This document shows positions 10,277 through 20,822 of a stretch of 64,000 nt of DNA, piece by piece. The notes beneath the pieces were generated by a model. The model was given only the letters and a program-made list of their open reading frames with translations, was not told where the DNA came from and did not search any database. Position 1 is the stretch's first letter; every line of letters starts with the position of its first letter. This DNA is from Polyangiales bacterium (GTDB taxonomy: Bacteria > Myxococcota_A > Polyangia > Polyangiales > Houyiibacteriaceae): positions 64,001 to 128,000 of the forward strand of contig JBGCFM010000039.1 of NCBI GenBank assembly GCA_045106895.1. Reading direction: 5' to 3'. Both the position numbers and the translations under genes were made by a program.

Positions 10277-10434
10277 GAGTCCTCCAAATACACTGACGAT
10301 TGGAGTCACACGGGAGAGACCCTGGGGTCAAAAAAATGGGGAAGCGTGGCGCCGTAGGGCTCGGGTCGTAGTTATTACCATAGTGCGAGATGCGAACTTC
10401 AGAGCAGACTGCGGGGGAACTTTGAAAGGACCCT

Positions 10435-11361
10435 ATGAACTTCTCACGAATGGCGCTTGGCGCTGGTTTGATGACAACGGTGGGCGCACTAAGTGCACTC
10501 AGCATGGCGTGCGGCGGAGCGAGCGCGAGCGGCGGTTCGTCGTCGTCGAGTGGTGACGATGGCTACACTGGGAGCCTGACCGTACAGAACGGCACGGGCC
10601 AAGCCATCTGCACCTTGGAGGTGCTCCAGAGCGACGGTTACGCAGCCCACACCGACCAGGTAGAGGCCGGCGGCAGCGTGAGCATCGATGTGGATTCGCC
10701 GGCCAACTACGTCTTCGCCACCGCGTGCGATGGCAGCGGCTTCGCCTACGAAGGCTCCGTCTCATCGAGCGACAGCACCATCACCCTGGGCAGCGGAAGC
10801 GAACAGTCGTTTCAGGCGCGCCAGGACTACCTGTTTCAGCAGATTCGTATGAGCACCACGATGCCATCGAACTCCCGAGATTCTTCGTTGATCTCGCAGT
10901 TTCAGTCCGCCATCGAAGCGAAGGCGCGTGACTCGGGCTGGATCGACGAGCCGACGATTCTTCTCGTCGCCTCCGAGTGGGGCATCGTCCGAAACCGCCT
11001 CACCAGCATCCCGACGGGACGCCGCATCGCCGCGCTTGTCGGCCACCGCTTCAACGATGGTCACTGCTCGATCCAGGTTCACACCTTCGCGCAAACGCAT
11101 GACGGCAACGACTTCTCCGGACGCATCGGCTACGAGGGCAGCTCCGGAAACATCTACGCGGGATGCACGATGATCGACGCTCTTGAAGGCGGCGGCGGCG
11201 GAAGCTCCGCGTCCTCCGGCGGAAGCGCCGGCTCTTCCGGCGGCGGATGTTCGAACACATGCAGCAGCTCCGGCGACGGTGAGTGCGACGATGGCGGGCC
11301 GAACTCGCTCTACGCGGTGTGTGCCCTTGGTACCGACTGTGACGACTGCGGCGCCCGCTAA
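10435..11361 (+). CDS. Lipoprotein with a C-terminal Cys-rich module
   Basis: AAGGA RBS; lipobox SMAC; Gly/Ser linkers; ends in CSNTC...DGECDDGG...CALGTDCDDCGAR. Confidence 0.8.
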   Translation: MNFSRMALGAGLMTTVGALSALSMACGGASASGGSSSSSGDDGYTGSLTVQNGTGQAICTLEVLQSDGYAAHTDQVEAGGSVSIDVDSPANYVFATACDGSGFAYEGSVSSSDSTITLGSGSEQSFQARQDYLFQQIRMSTTMPSNSRDSSLISQFQSAIEAKARDSGWIDEPTILLVASEWGIVRNRLTSIPTGRRIAALVGHRFNDGHCSIQVHTFAQTHDGNDFSGRIGYEGSSGNIYAGCTMIDALEGGGGGSSASSGGSAGSSGGGCSNTCSSSGDGECDDGGPNSLYAVCALGTDCDDCGAR

Positions 11362-11413
11362 ACGGCCCTAGTGAGAATGAGCCTGGGTGTTCACGCCCTG
11401 GCTCTTTTCAATT

Positions 11414-12037
11414 CTAGAGCGAGACACCCCAGTCCTTGGCGTACTGAACAAGTTCCGCCACGGTCCCGACTTTAAGCTTGCGGCGAATGCGCTCACCATG
11501 GGTGTAGATCGTGCTCTGGGAGACGCCCAACTCGAAGGCCGCTTCCTTCGGCGTCATGCAACGAGCGAGCAAAACGAAGACGTCATGTTCGCGCTCCGTC
11601 AACGCAAGGTGAGGCGGTCCCCCAGTACACTTGAGCTGTTCTTGAAGCACGTCGGAAAAGACACGCTCCCCCGCATGCACCCGGCGAACGGTCTCGATGA
11701 GCAAGGGGGTTGGAGAAGACTTCGAAACGAATGCAGAAGCGCCGCCGCGAGCCAGGCTCGCGACCAGAGCATCTTCCTCGCGCAGGGTGAATAGAACGAC
11801 ACGGGTTCCAGTGGCGACAACCGCCTCCACGCTGGAAGGCCCCTCCACGCCAGGCATCTGCACATCCATCACGACAACGTCCGGGGAGTGCTCCGTGCAG
11901 TACGCGAGTGCCTCTTGCAGACTTGATACACCCGCGCAGAAAAACACGTCTTCCATGTGCGAAAGATGACGCCGAATACCGTCGATGACGATTGGATGGT
12001 CGTCGGCGACCAGGACCTGGATGGGCGATTCGCTCAC
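11414..12037 (-). CDS. NarL/LuxR-family response regulator
   Basis: VLVADDH and VVVMDVQMP receiver motifs; LTEREHDV...IRRKL LuxR-type HTH. Confidence 0.93.
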   Translation of the reverse strand: MSESPIQVLVADDHPIVIDGIRRHLSHMEDVFFCAGVSSLQEALAYCTEHSPDVVVMDVQMPGVEGPSSVEAVVATGTRVVLFTLREEDALVASLARGGASAFVSKSSPTPLLIETVRRVHAGERVFSDVLQEQLKCTGGPPHLALTEREHDVFVLLARCMTPKEAAFELGVSQSTIYTHGERIRRKLKVGTVAELVQYAKDWGVSL

Positions 12038-12066
12038 GGGTAACCAAGCCTGACAAAGTGAACGCG

Positions 12067-13419
12067 TCAGGTCACGGTGTTTCTGGCGACTTGACCCTCA
12101 GGCAGGGGTAAGCGCACGCTTAGCCTAGTCCCAGCGGCTCCACTTTCGACGTCCACGTAGCCCCCGAGCGCTTCTGCGCGTTCGCGGACGCCGAGGAGAC
12201 CGAATCCGTGAGATTCCCGCGATGCGAGCCTATCTTCGTTGAACCCGTGGCCATCATCGCTCACCACCGCCACGACCTGACCCCCTTCCGCGGCGACATC
12301 GATCTCCACGACACGGGCGTCGGCGTGCTTGAGAACATTCGTGACACCTTCCTGGACCGTCCGACAGATCGCCTCGCGAATCGGCAGTGACACATCAAGT
12401 TCGTCGCACACCCGAGTCTGAATATCGACGCCGGCACGTTTTCGAATCGGGGCGAGAATAGCGTCGACGCTCTCGCTCAGGCTCGTCGAGTCCGCCTCTC
12501 GCAAGCCTCCAACAATTCGCCGCGTGGACGTCGATAGGGACTCGATGATCTCGTAGAGGAAGGCGAGCTCGTTCGAGTTCTTGTTCCCGTCGCCGCCGAG
12601 GACGAGCTCTAGATTTCCGAGCTCCATTCGCGCACCCACGATGAGCTGACCGATGTCGTCGTGAAGCGTTCGAGCAAGGTCGCTCCTCTCATCGACGCGG
12701 ACAGTTTCGATCTGAGCGCTGAGCTCAGCGACGGCGCCAGACTTCGCGACGACCTCCTCCGTGAGCACCTCATTATGCTGAGCTAGCGCTTCGCGTTGAG
12801 CTTCAATGCGCAGAGCGAATAGGAAGCGGTCTCGCGTGAGGTTGTAGATCCTGTGCCCGATCGCGATCGCAATGAAGAACGAGCAGAAGATGTACACCCC
12901 GGGAATGTGCACATAGGGATTGTTGAGATACTCGGGGTTTGGAGCAAAGTAGCCCACCAAGAATGAGACGATCAGAACAGCGGTGATTCCTACCCGCGCT
13001 CGGAGGTCGCAGGAGAGCGCCATCGGTAGCGCTGGGAGCGTGTAGATCCCGTAGAAGAAAGGGCCGTCGAGGCCGCCGAGTTCGCTCAAGAGTCGGCCAC
13101 CTGCGAGGGCCACGACGGTCTGAAATGGGGCGGTCACGAGGACTGGGTGCCGACGCGCGAAAGGCAAGTAGCGAACGAAGGCCCATGAAGCGAGGGACGC
13201 TCCGAACTGGACCGGCAGCCAAGTGCGCCCGACCACATGTGTCTCGGTCTTAACGATGTACTGCCCGACGACGTAGGCGAAGCCAAACACTGCAACGAAG
13301 AGCAAAGAACTTATCTCCACCCACTTGCGCGTCGATTCACGAGCGAAAACATCAAACTCTTTGATGTCTTCGGCCGTTACTTCCTCGTGGGCGATGCTAT
13401 CGCGCGCGGATTGTTGCAC
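12067..13419 (-). CDS. Membrane sensor histidine kinase (HisKA_3 type)
   Basis: Several TM helices; ERSDLARTLHDDIGQ, QEGVTNVLKHA, DDGHGF and GFGLLGVRER motifs. Confidence 0.92.
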   Translation of the reverse strand: MQQSARDSIAHEEVTAEDIKEFDVFARESTRKWVEISSLLFVAVFGFAYVVGQYIVKTETHVVGRTWLPVQFGASLASWAFVRYLPFARRHPVLVTAPFQTVVALAGGRLLSELGGLDGPFFYGIYTLPALPMALSCDLRARVGITAVLIVSFLVGYFAPNPEYLNNPYVHIPGVYIFCSFFIAIAIGHRIYNLTRDRFLFALRIEAQREALAQHNEVLTEEVVAKSGAVAELSAQIETVRVDERSDLARTLHDDIGQLIVGARMELGNLELVLGGDGNKNSNELAFLYEIIESLSTSTRRIVGGLREADSTSLSESVDAILAPIRKRAGVDIQTRVCDELDVSLPIREAICRTVQEGVTNVLKHADARVVEIDVAAEGGQVVAVVSDDGHGFNEDRLASRESHGFGLLGVRERAEALGGYVDVESGAAGTRLSVRLPLPEGQVARNTVT

Positions 13420-13449
13420 GTGCTCGTTGTCTCGATGCTTAGGCGAAAA

Positions 13450-15048
13450 CTAACGGACGCGGACGAGCGCGCCTTCGGGGAGCTCAACGCGTTCGACGTC
13501 ATCACTCAATGGCACCAACCACTGGATGATGCCGGGAATCGAAAGCTCCTGACGGTGGGCGATGACCTGACCGACAGAGTTTCCGTCAGCGTCGAATGCC
13601 TCAAGCGCGATGCCACCCTCTTCCACAGTGGCCGGTGCTTCGAGCTCCGGTCCGATTCGGTGCGGCGCCATGAAGGGCTCGATCGTAATACGAACATGAG
13701 GAACTGCGTGAAGGACGGCCCCGCCGTCTCCATGCGCCACCGCGCGCTCGTAGTAGCGCTGGTAGTTGTAGTCGCTCACCCACTTCGTTCGGCAGTACCC
13801 CATAAGGTCGGAGGTGCCCGGGTCCACAAAGCGGTTCGTCCGCTGGTCCAGGCCCCAGACCCCGATGAGCCCGCCGCCGTAAGGGAAAGCCGGGTCGGGA
13901 CCGTTGACGCTTCCGCATGGAGCATGCGGGAAACCAAAGTTGTGACCGACTTCGTGGATCGCGCTGAAGAGGTCGCTCTCCCGATCGAACCCAAGGGCGA
14001 TGGACGAGCGCGCGCTCGGCGTGTTGCGTGTGTTGACGCTGCCAAGACCCGCGATGCAACCGCTGCCGCAGTACGCGCCAGCGGACTCGGCGGGGGAAAC
14101 GAGGCCGAGGTAGTACACGTGGCCGCTCGGCGAGCGGTTTGCACGTGCCTGTTGCACCGCCTGGAGTGCTGCGCTCCATGAACCACCGCTCAGGCGCTGC
14201 ACGGGCGTCGAGAGGTCCACCGGAGCGATGACCTGAAGGATGACGTTCGCCGTTGGCAGGAGCGCGTCGAAGTGAGCCTGCATGAGGGCGAGGCCCGCCG
14301 GCGTCGTCACGGCGGGCAAACGTCCGCTGCCGTCCGCGTTGTAGCGTAGAGGCACCAAGTGGATCTCGATGGCAGGTGCGTCAACGGCGCCGAGACCCTG
14401 CGCACCATCTCCGGTGGGGAAGCGAGCGCCAGCACCGCCACCCCCCGCAGTGGTGTGCATACTCAAAACGTAGGAGGCGCTCGAGTCGACCCAGTCGCCG
14501 GGCACCTCGAACTGGAAGCCCTCCGCGGGAAGGTCTCCGATAGGACCCGTCACGTTGACGGTGTCGGTGAACACACGCTCATCGGCACCGCGCGTGAAGG
14601 TCAGGCGACCTTCCACGGAACCACTAAACCCGCCGTCGGGAGCGACCGTCGCGCGGAAAATGGCATCGCGCCCAGCGATCAACGGAGCGTTTGGCGTGGT
14701 GGACGATCCGTCCTGCACCATACGAATCTCGACGGTTTGAAACGCCGAGAGGTCCCGAACTGTCACCGGAGCAAGGGGCTCGTCTGGAAGTGGACCTCCG
14801 TCGAAGGTGTCTGGAGGGGGACCTCCATCGAACCCGGGTCCAGCATCAGGTCCTGGCCCGGCGTCGGGATCGGGGCCAGGCCCCGCGTCAGGACGTGGAC
14901 CACCGTCAAAGCCGGGGCCACCGTCAAACCCCGGCCCGCTGTCGATCAGCTCGATGCCTTCTTCGAGGCTGTACAAACGCCCGGGGGTGCACGCGCTGAG
15001 GAGCAGTGCACTGAGAGCGACGTAGTGGTGAAAGGCCAAGTGGCGCAT
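13450..15048 (-). CDS. Zinc metalloprotease lipoprotein (metzincin, M66-like)
   Basis: Lipobox LSAC; (F/P)DGGP/DAGP linker repeats; HEVGHNFGFPH zinc motif; DLMGY Met-turn. Confidence 0.8.
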   Translation of the reverse strand: MRHLAFHHYVALSALLLSACTPGRLYSLEEGIELIDSGPGFDGGPGFDGGPRPDAGPGPDPDAGPGPDAGPGFDGGPPPDTFDGGPLPDEPLAPVTVRDLSAFQTVEIRMVQDGSSTTPNAPLIAGRDAIFRATVAPDGGFSGSVEGRLTFTRGADERVFTDTVNVTGPIGDLPAEGFQFEVPGDWVDSSASYVLSMHTTAGGGGAGARFPTGDGAQGLGAVDAPAIEIHLVPLRYNADGSGRLPAVTTPAGLALMQAHFDALLPTANVILQVIAPVDLSTPVQRLSGGSWSAALQAVQQARANRSPSGHVYYLGLVSPAESAGAYCGSGCIAGLGSVNTRNTPSARSSIALGFDRESDLFSAIHEVGHNFGFPHAPCGSVNGPDPAFPYGGGLIGVWGLDQRTNRFVDPGTSDLMGYCRTKWVSDYNYQRYYERAVAHGDGGAVLHAVPHVRITIEPFMAPHRIGPELEAPATVEEGGIALEAFDADGNSVGQVIAHRQELSIPGIIQWLVPLSDDVERVELPEGALVRVR

Positions 15049-15128
15049 AGGCTGAAGGGTAGCGCCAAACGGTGCTAAACCGGAGACCCAGAAGCGAAAA
15101 ACGTGGTGGACGGTGCCAGATTCCTGCT

Positions 15129-15159
15129 CTGGGCGGTTTTTTAGGCTGAAACCGCCCAG
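15129..15159. terminator. 11-bp perfect stem-loop just downstream of the TPR gene
   Basis: CTGGGCGGTTT-N9-AAACCGCCCAG; no clear U-tract. Confidence 0.5.
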
Positions 15160-15166
15160 GTGAACG

Positions 15167-16720
15167 CTAGGGGCTGAGAACGAAGGGGTACGTAACGTTG
15201 AGCGTTTCGTTGGTGAAGCGCGGGAAGCGAGCGCTCTGCACGACGCTCTCCATGCAGTATTTCTCGTCTTCGCTCATCTCGCCCTCGGACGAGATCTCGA
15301 GGACCTCGCCGGTGGCGCCGATGACGGTGATTCGGAAAGCGACGCGACCGGCAAACTGCGGCGCACATCCCTGGACGGCGCCCTGAAGAGGCTGCATCGT
15401 CGAGAGGATCGCGTCGCGCGAAGGCGTCTCGGGAAGCGGCGGAAGAGGTGCTTCACCGCCCAGGGCGCGCAGACCCATCCGTGCGTCCTGGTTGTTGTAG
15501 TCGATGCGCATCGCCTGTTGCAGAGCTGCGATGGCACGGTCGTTCTGACCGCTGGCGGCGAGCGCCCGTCCGAAGCCGACGAGGACGTTCGCGTTGGTGT
15601 CGTCGTTCGCCACGGATGCTTCGTAGGATGCGACGGCGCCAGCTCGATCACCCAAGGCGAGCTGTACGGCGCCGAGGGCTGCAAGGGTCGGGGCGTGGGC
15701 TGGGTCCTGCTGAACAGCCGCCTGGTACGCCGTGAGGGCGTTGGGCATACGGCCAGCGCGCGCGAAAGCTGCGCCCTGGTTTCGAAGAGCTTGGACGTCC
15801 GTCATCTGGACAACCTGCGGCGTTCGCTGGGGGCCGGTGCGCCGTGGAGGTGGCGTGACCTGTGGAGGAGGTGTGTTGGCGGCCTGAATCTGCGCGCCGC
15901 TGCTCTGAACGCCCCACTCGACGAAAGCGGTAGCCGCGCGTTCGCTCATGTCGAAGAGACGGGATGCCGTTGCGGGACCGCCGCGACGTGCGAGGCCGAC
16001 GGCGATGCACTGGGCCATTCCTTCCGTTGGGCCGATGTGCCAGGCGCGAATCTGCGCTTCTCGCTGGTTCGCGCCACCAGGGCACTCCGCGAGGAGCTGG
16101 AGGCGAATGCGACCGTCGGCGTTGTTGGCGAGTGAACGCGGGACGCCGAGCATTGCGGCGCGGAGCTTCCGGGCGATCTCTCGCGCGAGACGACCACGAA
16201 TCCGTGCGCTGCGAAGCGTCGCCTGAAGCTGGCGACCGTCGTCGGGCTCAAGGTATGGGAGCGCGACCGGCGTCAGCGTCGCGGCGGCGATGAGGCCGTC
16301 GCATTCGCCCATCGTGATTCCCCACTGATGTGCACAACGAACGGAAGCGTTGCGGCCGCCCGCGAAGAGAACCTGAAGCGTGGGAAGGTCCAGCCCTGCA
16401 CGCATACGGGCGAGGACCTGCCCGAGTCGCTGCTCGTACTCAGCACGCCCCTGTCCGGGTCCAGCGCTCGCGCCGAAGAGTGCGCGGTTCACTTTTTGGC
16501 GAAGGTCATCGTACGTCTCGCCTCCACGCTGTGCGTTCGCCGCCATGATCTCGTTCACGCCGCGAACGACACCACGTGCGGTGTCGCGGGACATCTGACC
16601 TTGCTCCACGAGCCTCTGAACAACGGCCGCGTCCTGCGCGCTCGCCGAGGTGGACAGAGCGGTCAGCGCAAAGGCAGAGAGAAGTGTAAGAAGTCGTTTG
16701 GTCGTATGCGTGGAACTCAT
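15167..16720 (-). CDS. Secreted TPR protein with an AgmX/PglI (TonB-C-like) C-terminal domain
   Basis: Signal peptide (ASAQ); 3-4 TPR repeats; C-terminal VQGC...VAFRITV...CMESVV...FPRF...VTYPF. Confidence 0.75.
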   Translation of the reverse strand: MSSTHTTKRLLTLLSAFALTALSTSASAQDAAVVQRLVEQGQMSRDTARGVVRGVNEIMAANAQRGGETYDDLRQKVNRALFGASAGPGQGRAEYEQRLGQVLARMRAGLDLPTLQVLFAGGRNASVRCAHQWGITMGECDGLIAAATLTPVALPYLEPDDGRQLQATLRSARIRGRLAREIARKLRAAMLGVPRSLANNADGRIRLQLLAECPGGANQREAQIRAWHIGPTEGMAQCIAVGLARRGGPATASRLFDMSERAATAFVEWGVQSSGAQIQAANTPPPQVTPPPRRTGPQRTPQVVQMTDVQALRNQGAAFARAGRMPNALTAYQAAVQQDPAHAPTLAALGAVQLALGDRAGAVASYEASVANDDTNANVLVGFGRALAASGQNDRAIAALQQAMRIDYNNQDARMGLRALGGEAPLPPLPETPSRDAILSTMQPLQGAVQGCAPQFAGRVAFRITVIGATGEVLEISSEGEMSEDEKYCMESVVQSARFPRFTNETLNVTYPFVLSP

Positions 16721-16955
16721 GAAGGCCCCTTGTCAGAACAGGGTTCGAAGGCGCAGCGTCGCTGCTCACCCACATAGACGCAGGTCAGGCGCAGCTATTC
16801 TGTCCGCCGCTCTAGCACCAAGGGGCCAGCTGCGCCAAAAGTGGCCAAACAAGCAACGATCTCACCGCTGCGAAGCGTATTTCCCGCCCAAAACCGCGAA
16901 TGCGCGCGCGTCGTGGTTTAGAGGTACGATGGGGTGGGAACAGAAACGGGACGCC

Positions 16956-17291
16956 ATGAGTGACGAGATCGAAAACGTAAGGTCGACGGCGCGCGACCAT
17001 TTGGCGAACGAGCGAACGTTTCTCGCGTGGGTTCGGACGGCTCTCGGGATCATGGGTCTCGGAGTCATCCTTGAGAAGCTCGTCGCGACGGCGGGCACCA
17101 CGGCGACGATTGCGAGCATCACCTTGGTGGGATACGGCGCGATCGTTCTGGTCTACTCCCTCTATCGCTACGAACGGGTCGGCTCGCGGCTCCGCGCCGG
17201 TATGTTCCCGGTGGCCCGGCGAGGTCCGTTCTTGCTCGGGCTATTGGGGCTCATCGTGATGGTCGGCGCCATCGCCCTTGTGCTTCTTTAA
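16956..17291 (+). CDS. DUF202/YidH-family membrane protein
   Basis: RDHLANERTFLAWVRT signature; 3 TM helices. Alternative start at 16929. Confidence 0.9.
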   Translation: MSDEIENVRSTARDHLANERTFLAWVRTALGIMGLGVILEKLVATAGTTATIASITLVGYGAIVLVYSLYRYERVGSRLRAGMFPVARRGPFLLGLLGLIVMVGAIALVLL

Positions 17292-17301
17292 GCGACGAAC
17301 T

Positions 17302-18738
17302 CTATTCTGGGAGACCGGCGAGGAGAGACTCGAGGGCCCCCGCCGCCGTTGCTTGTCCAGCGCCGTCGCCCCACCCCGGCACGGCGCTATGAATTCCCAC
17401 AACTGCGCCAGTGGCGTCGAGGAGCGGGGCTCCGGAAGGCAAGATGGCTTCGTAACGCATCTGGTCGCCTTCGCTGCTGACGACCAGCGGCGTCGCGACG
17501 AGACCCTGGACGCTGTAGCCGAGGGCCACGAGGTGGGTATCGCCGGCTTCGCCCAGGTTGACGACGAGGGGCAACGCGCGATCGACCTCGACGAGGCCAA
17601 CGTCCGCGGCGCCAGACGCGGCGTCAAACTCGGGGTGACGCCACAGGCGACTCACCCGATAGCGCTCGGCACCTTGCACAACCTCAACAAAGGCGCCGCC
17701 GCGCTGACGTTGTTCGATCTCGAGAACGCAGCGAGCGCTCGTCGCGAGGAGCGACGGGCGAACGGCGAAGGCGGTGCAGAAAGGAGCGTCCTGGCCGCCG
17801 ATGCGACCGACGAGCTGAAGAAGCGCTTCTTGGTTCGCCGCAGCGACGCGGGCCGGGTCAGGCGGAGAGCTGCGTGCAAACACGGCGACGAGAAGAGCGA
17901 CGGCGGCGATACAAAAGAGGATGGCGAGCACCCCAACGCCGACCTTCAGCGCCATCGGTGTCTCGTCGCCGCTGACGGCCGCCTTGGTGAGTTCGCCGAG
18001 GGTCGGGTCCGCGTGCCGCTGAGAGCTTGGCGATGGCGCGGCGTGAAACTGCGGAGCGGGCTGAGCGGGCTGAGCGGGCTGCGCGGGCTGAGCGGGCTGC
18101 GCGGGCACTCCCCATTGCGACACCGGAGCAGCTGTGGGAGGCGGGCTCGCGGGGGAGGGAGCCACAGCGTCGCTCGCCGGAGTCAGCGGACCCGTGGCCG
18201 CGCCAGGGAGCGCGAAGGGCGTCGGCGCCCATCGCGCGTGCTCGGGCGGAGGCGTTGCGGCGGGTGTCGTCGTCTGCACAGGTGCTGCGGCGGGTGGTGC
18301 TGCGGCGGGTGCTGCTGCGGCGGGTGGTGCTGCGGCCATCGGTGCCGCGGGGGTGGACGCTGCCGGGGTCGTATCGACAGCGGAAACGGGAATGCCCGAG
18401 GGCGTCGCCTGCGTCTTCGCGTAGGAGAGGTCGACGCTGGCCTCCTCCACCGTGAACAACGCGCCGTCTTCACCGAGCCGAATCGTATCGCCCGGGGTGA
18501 CGATCTGACGTCCGATGCGCGCGCCGTTGATGAACGTTCCGTTGCGGCTTCCGCAGTCGACCACCACCCAATGTGAGTTCTGAACAATGATCTCCGCGTG
18601 ACGACCCGAGACGTCGAGGTCCTTGTGGGCGTCGAGTGGGACCTCGCTGTCGGGCATACGACCCATGCGAACGGGTCCCTGTTGAAACTCCACGACACGA
18701 CCGTCGTGCGCGCCGCCGGTTTGACGAAGTCGAATCAT
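17302..18738 (-). CDS. FHA domain, Pro/Ala linker, TM helix and trypsin-like domain (catalytic His apparently lost)
   Basis: GR...VSGRHA...GSRNGTF FHA motif; CTAFAV...TSARC, ADVGLV and SGAPLL in the protease-like part. Confidence 0.8.
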   Translation of the reverse strand: MIRLRQTGGAHDGRVVEFQQGPVRMGRMPDSEVPLDAHKDLDVSGRHAEIIVQNSHWVVVDCGSRNGTFINGARIGRQIVTPGDTIRLGEDGALFTVEEASVDLSYAKTQATPSGIPVSAVDTTPAASTPAAPMAAAPPAAAAPAAAPPAAAPVQTTTPAATPPPEHARWAPTPFALPGAATGPLTPASDAVAPSPASPPPTAAPVSQWGVPAQPAQPAQPAQPAQPAPQFHAAPSPSSQRHADPTLGELTKAAVSGDETPMALKVGVGVLAILFCIAAVALLVAVFARSSPPDPARVAAANQEALLQLVGRIGGQDAPFCTAFAVRPSLLATSARCVLEIEQRQRGGAFVEVVQGAERYRVSRLWRHPEFDAASGAADVGLVEVDRALPLVVNLGEAGDTHLVALGYSVQGLVATPLVVSSEGDQMRYEAILPSGAPLLDATGAVVGIHSAVPGWGDGAGQATAAGALESLLAGLPE

Positions 18739-18851
18739 GCGCTTGTGACACCAAGGCGGAAGAGAAGCTTGGGCCGAAGCCCTCTTGCTCTATTCATGGT
18801 GAACCATGCTGCATTGTTACCTCGACGCGCCATGTGTCGTGGGCGCGTGCG

Positions 18852-20822
18852 CTAGAACGGGTTGTCAGGAGTGGCGATCATGCCGGGCGGACGGGGCGTC
18901 GCCGTCGTCGTCTCCATGACCGCGGTCATCGGAGTGGTCGTCGTCATCGGACTCGTCGTCGTCATCGGACTCGTCGTCATCGGCGTAACCGCTGGCGTCG
19001 GCTCTTCCGCCGGCTCGCTTGGTTCCTCGGGAGTCACTTCTTCCGCCGGCTCTTCGACGGGCTCTTCTGTACCCTCGGTGTCGACTCCAGCGGGCATCAT
19101 GAGATCGATTCGTGTCGCTTCCTCGAGCGTGACCATCTGTGAGGCGATGGCGCTGCCAGCGACGCGAGCTTCAACAGTGTAGGCACCAGGAGGCAGCTCC
19201 ACTTCGTTGTCAAAGTTGTAGTCGAGGGGTCCGTGGTTTACGTCATCGACGTAGAGTTCGGCTCCGGCGATGTCCGTGTGCACCGTAAGCGCCACAGTCT
19301 CGTCTTCTACTTCTTCGGGCTCGTCGACGGGCAGATCCTCCGGTTCGACGGTCGTGGTTTCGCCTTCGTCGACGCCCTCCTCATCGCCCTGCATCATGAA
19401 GTAGGCGATGACTGCGACGACGAGCACGCAGACCAATGCGATGGGCCAGAGGGAGCCCTCGCCGTCGTCCGCGCTCGTGGCGCGCACTTCGCCGGTACCG
19501 CGTTTGACGTCGGCCCCTGGCTTGCGCACAGAGCTCTTCATGGTGGGCTCCCGCGGGGGAAGCGAGTGGCCCATCACGGCGTCTGGCGGGGGCAACGGAT
19601 ACTGCATGTACGAGGGCTTCACGGAGTCCCCGACGGGCTGCAGGCCGTCACCTTCGAAGTCCGCGACGATGCACGTGATGTTGTCGTGGCCACCGCCGGC
19701 GTTGGCCAGCTCGATGAGCTGACGCGCCACGTCTTCCTGGCTCTCCGTCTCCGCCATGACCTCTTGAATCATCTCGGCGTGAACGAGCCCCGACAGACCG
19801 TCGCTGCAGAGCATGATGCGGTCGCCGCGCCGGAGCTCGACGAACGTCAGATCGACGGACACTTCCTCGGTGGTTCCGAGCGCCTGCAGAATGATGTTCG
19901 AATGCTCGAAGGCTTCGGCTTCTTCTTCTGTGAGCTGTCCAGCCTCGATGAGCTGATTGACGAGGCTCTGGTCCTTCGTGATGAGCGTCAGAACGCCTTC
20001 GCGAAGGATGTAGCAACGCGAATCACCAACCTGTCCGACAAAGAGAAAGCGATCGATGAGCCCGGCGGCCGTCGCTGTGGTTCCCATTCCGCGTTTGGAG
20101 CGGTCCATCTTGGCGGAAGAGAAAATGCGGGCGCCGGCTTCTTCGACAGCAAAGACGAGGCGGTGGGCGAACATATCGCGATCCCTCGCGACGCCTCCGG
20201 CCTGCATAACTTCGTGAATCGTGTCGACGGCCATCTGGCTGGCGACTTCACCTGCGGCTGCGCCGCCCATTCCGTCGCAGACCGCGAGAACGAGGCCACG
20301 CTCACCAACAATCGTCGAACGGCTCTCGTTCTCGTCATCCGGAGCTGGGCCACGGACCTCTGCCTCCATGTCGACGGTGACGAGGTTGTCTTCGTTGTGT
20401 TCGCGGATCAGCCCGACGTCGGTCGTGCCGTAATAGCGGCACTCGATGATGCCGTCCTCTTGCGCGGGAATTGCGATGGCCGCGCGGCTGGGTTCGTCGT
20501 CGGCTTCGACGGGGAACTCGTCTTCGTCCTCGTCTTTTTCGTCGCTCTCGTCTTCAGCCTGCTCGTCTTCGGCCTGCTCGTCGTCACTCGCGTCTTCGTC
20601 GCCTCCGGCGCCTTCGTCGTTCGCGCTCTTATCTTCAGCGTCATCGTCTTCAGCGCCCTTGGTCACGCTGTCATCAATGGTGTCTTCCAGCATTCGGCCT
20701 GCGCCCTCATCGATCGTGTCGTCGTTCATGCCGTCCGCACCGTCATCGGAAGAGGTTGTCGAGTCTGCCTCCACTTCCTCGTTCTCGTCGGGTCCACTTA
20801 GTTCTTCGTCAACGTCGCTCAC
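18852..20822 (-). CDS. PP2C/Stp1-family Ser/Thr phosphatase with acidic N-terminus, TM helix and PEGA-like domain
   Basis: TDVGLIREHNED, VCDGMGG, VGDSRCY, LCSDGL and GGHDNIT motifs. Confidence 0.93.
   Translation of the reverse strand: MSDVDEELSGPDENEEVEADSTTSSDDGADGMNDDTIDEGAGRMLEDTIDDSVTKGAEDDDAEDKSANDEGAGGDEDASDDEQAEDEQAEDESDEKDEDEDEFPVEADDEPSRAAIAIPAQEDGIIECRYYGTTDVGLIREHNEDNLVTVDMEAEVRGPAPDDENESRSTIVGERGLVLAVCDGMGGAAAGEVASQMAVDTIHEVMQAGGVARDRDMFAHRLVFAVEEAGARIFSSAKMDRSKRGMGTTATAAGLIDRFLFVGQVGDSRCYILREGVLTLITKDQSLVNQLIEAGQLTEEEAEAFEHSNIILQALGTTEEVSVDLTFVELRRGDRIMLCSDGLSGLVHAEMIQEVMAETESQEDVARQLIELANAGGGHDNITCIVADFEGDGLQPVGDSVKPSYMQYPLPPPDAVMGHSLPPREPTMKSSVRKPGADVKRGTGEVRATSADDGEGSLWPIALVCVLVVAVIAYFMMQGDEEGVDEGETTTVEPEDLPVDEPEEVEDETVALTVHTDIAGAELYVDDVNHGPLDYNFDNEVELPPGAYTVEARVAGSAIASQMVTLEEATRIDLMMPAGVDTEGTEEPVEEPAEEVTPEEPSEPAEEPTPAVTPMTTSPMTTTSPMTTTTPMTAVMETTTATPRPPGMIATPDNPF

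Noticed and set aside
18055..18106. 9-bp tandem repeat GCGGGCTG(A/C)
   Set aside because: In-frame PAQ linker within the FHA protein.
19233..20801. 522-aa plus-strand ORF (also 41669-43225 minus, 17278-18576 plus, 58728-59936 minus)
   Set aside because: Antisense shadows of well-supported genes.
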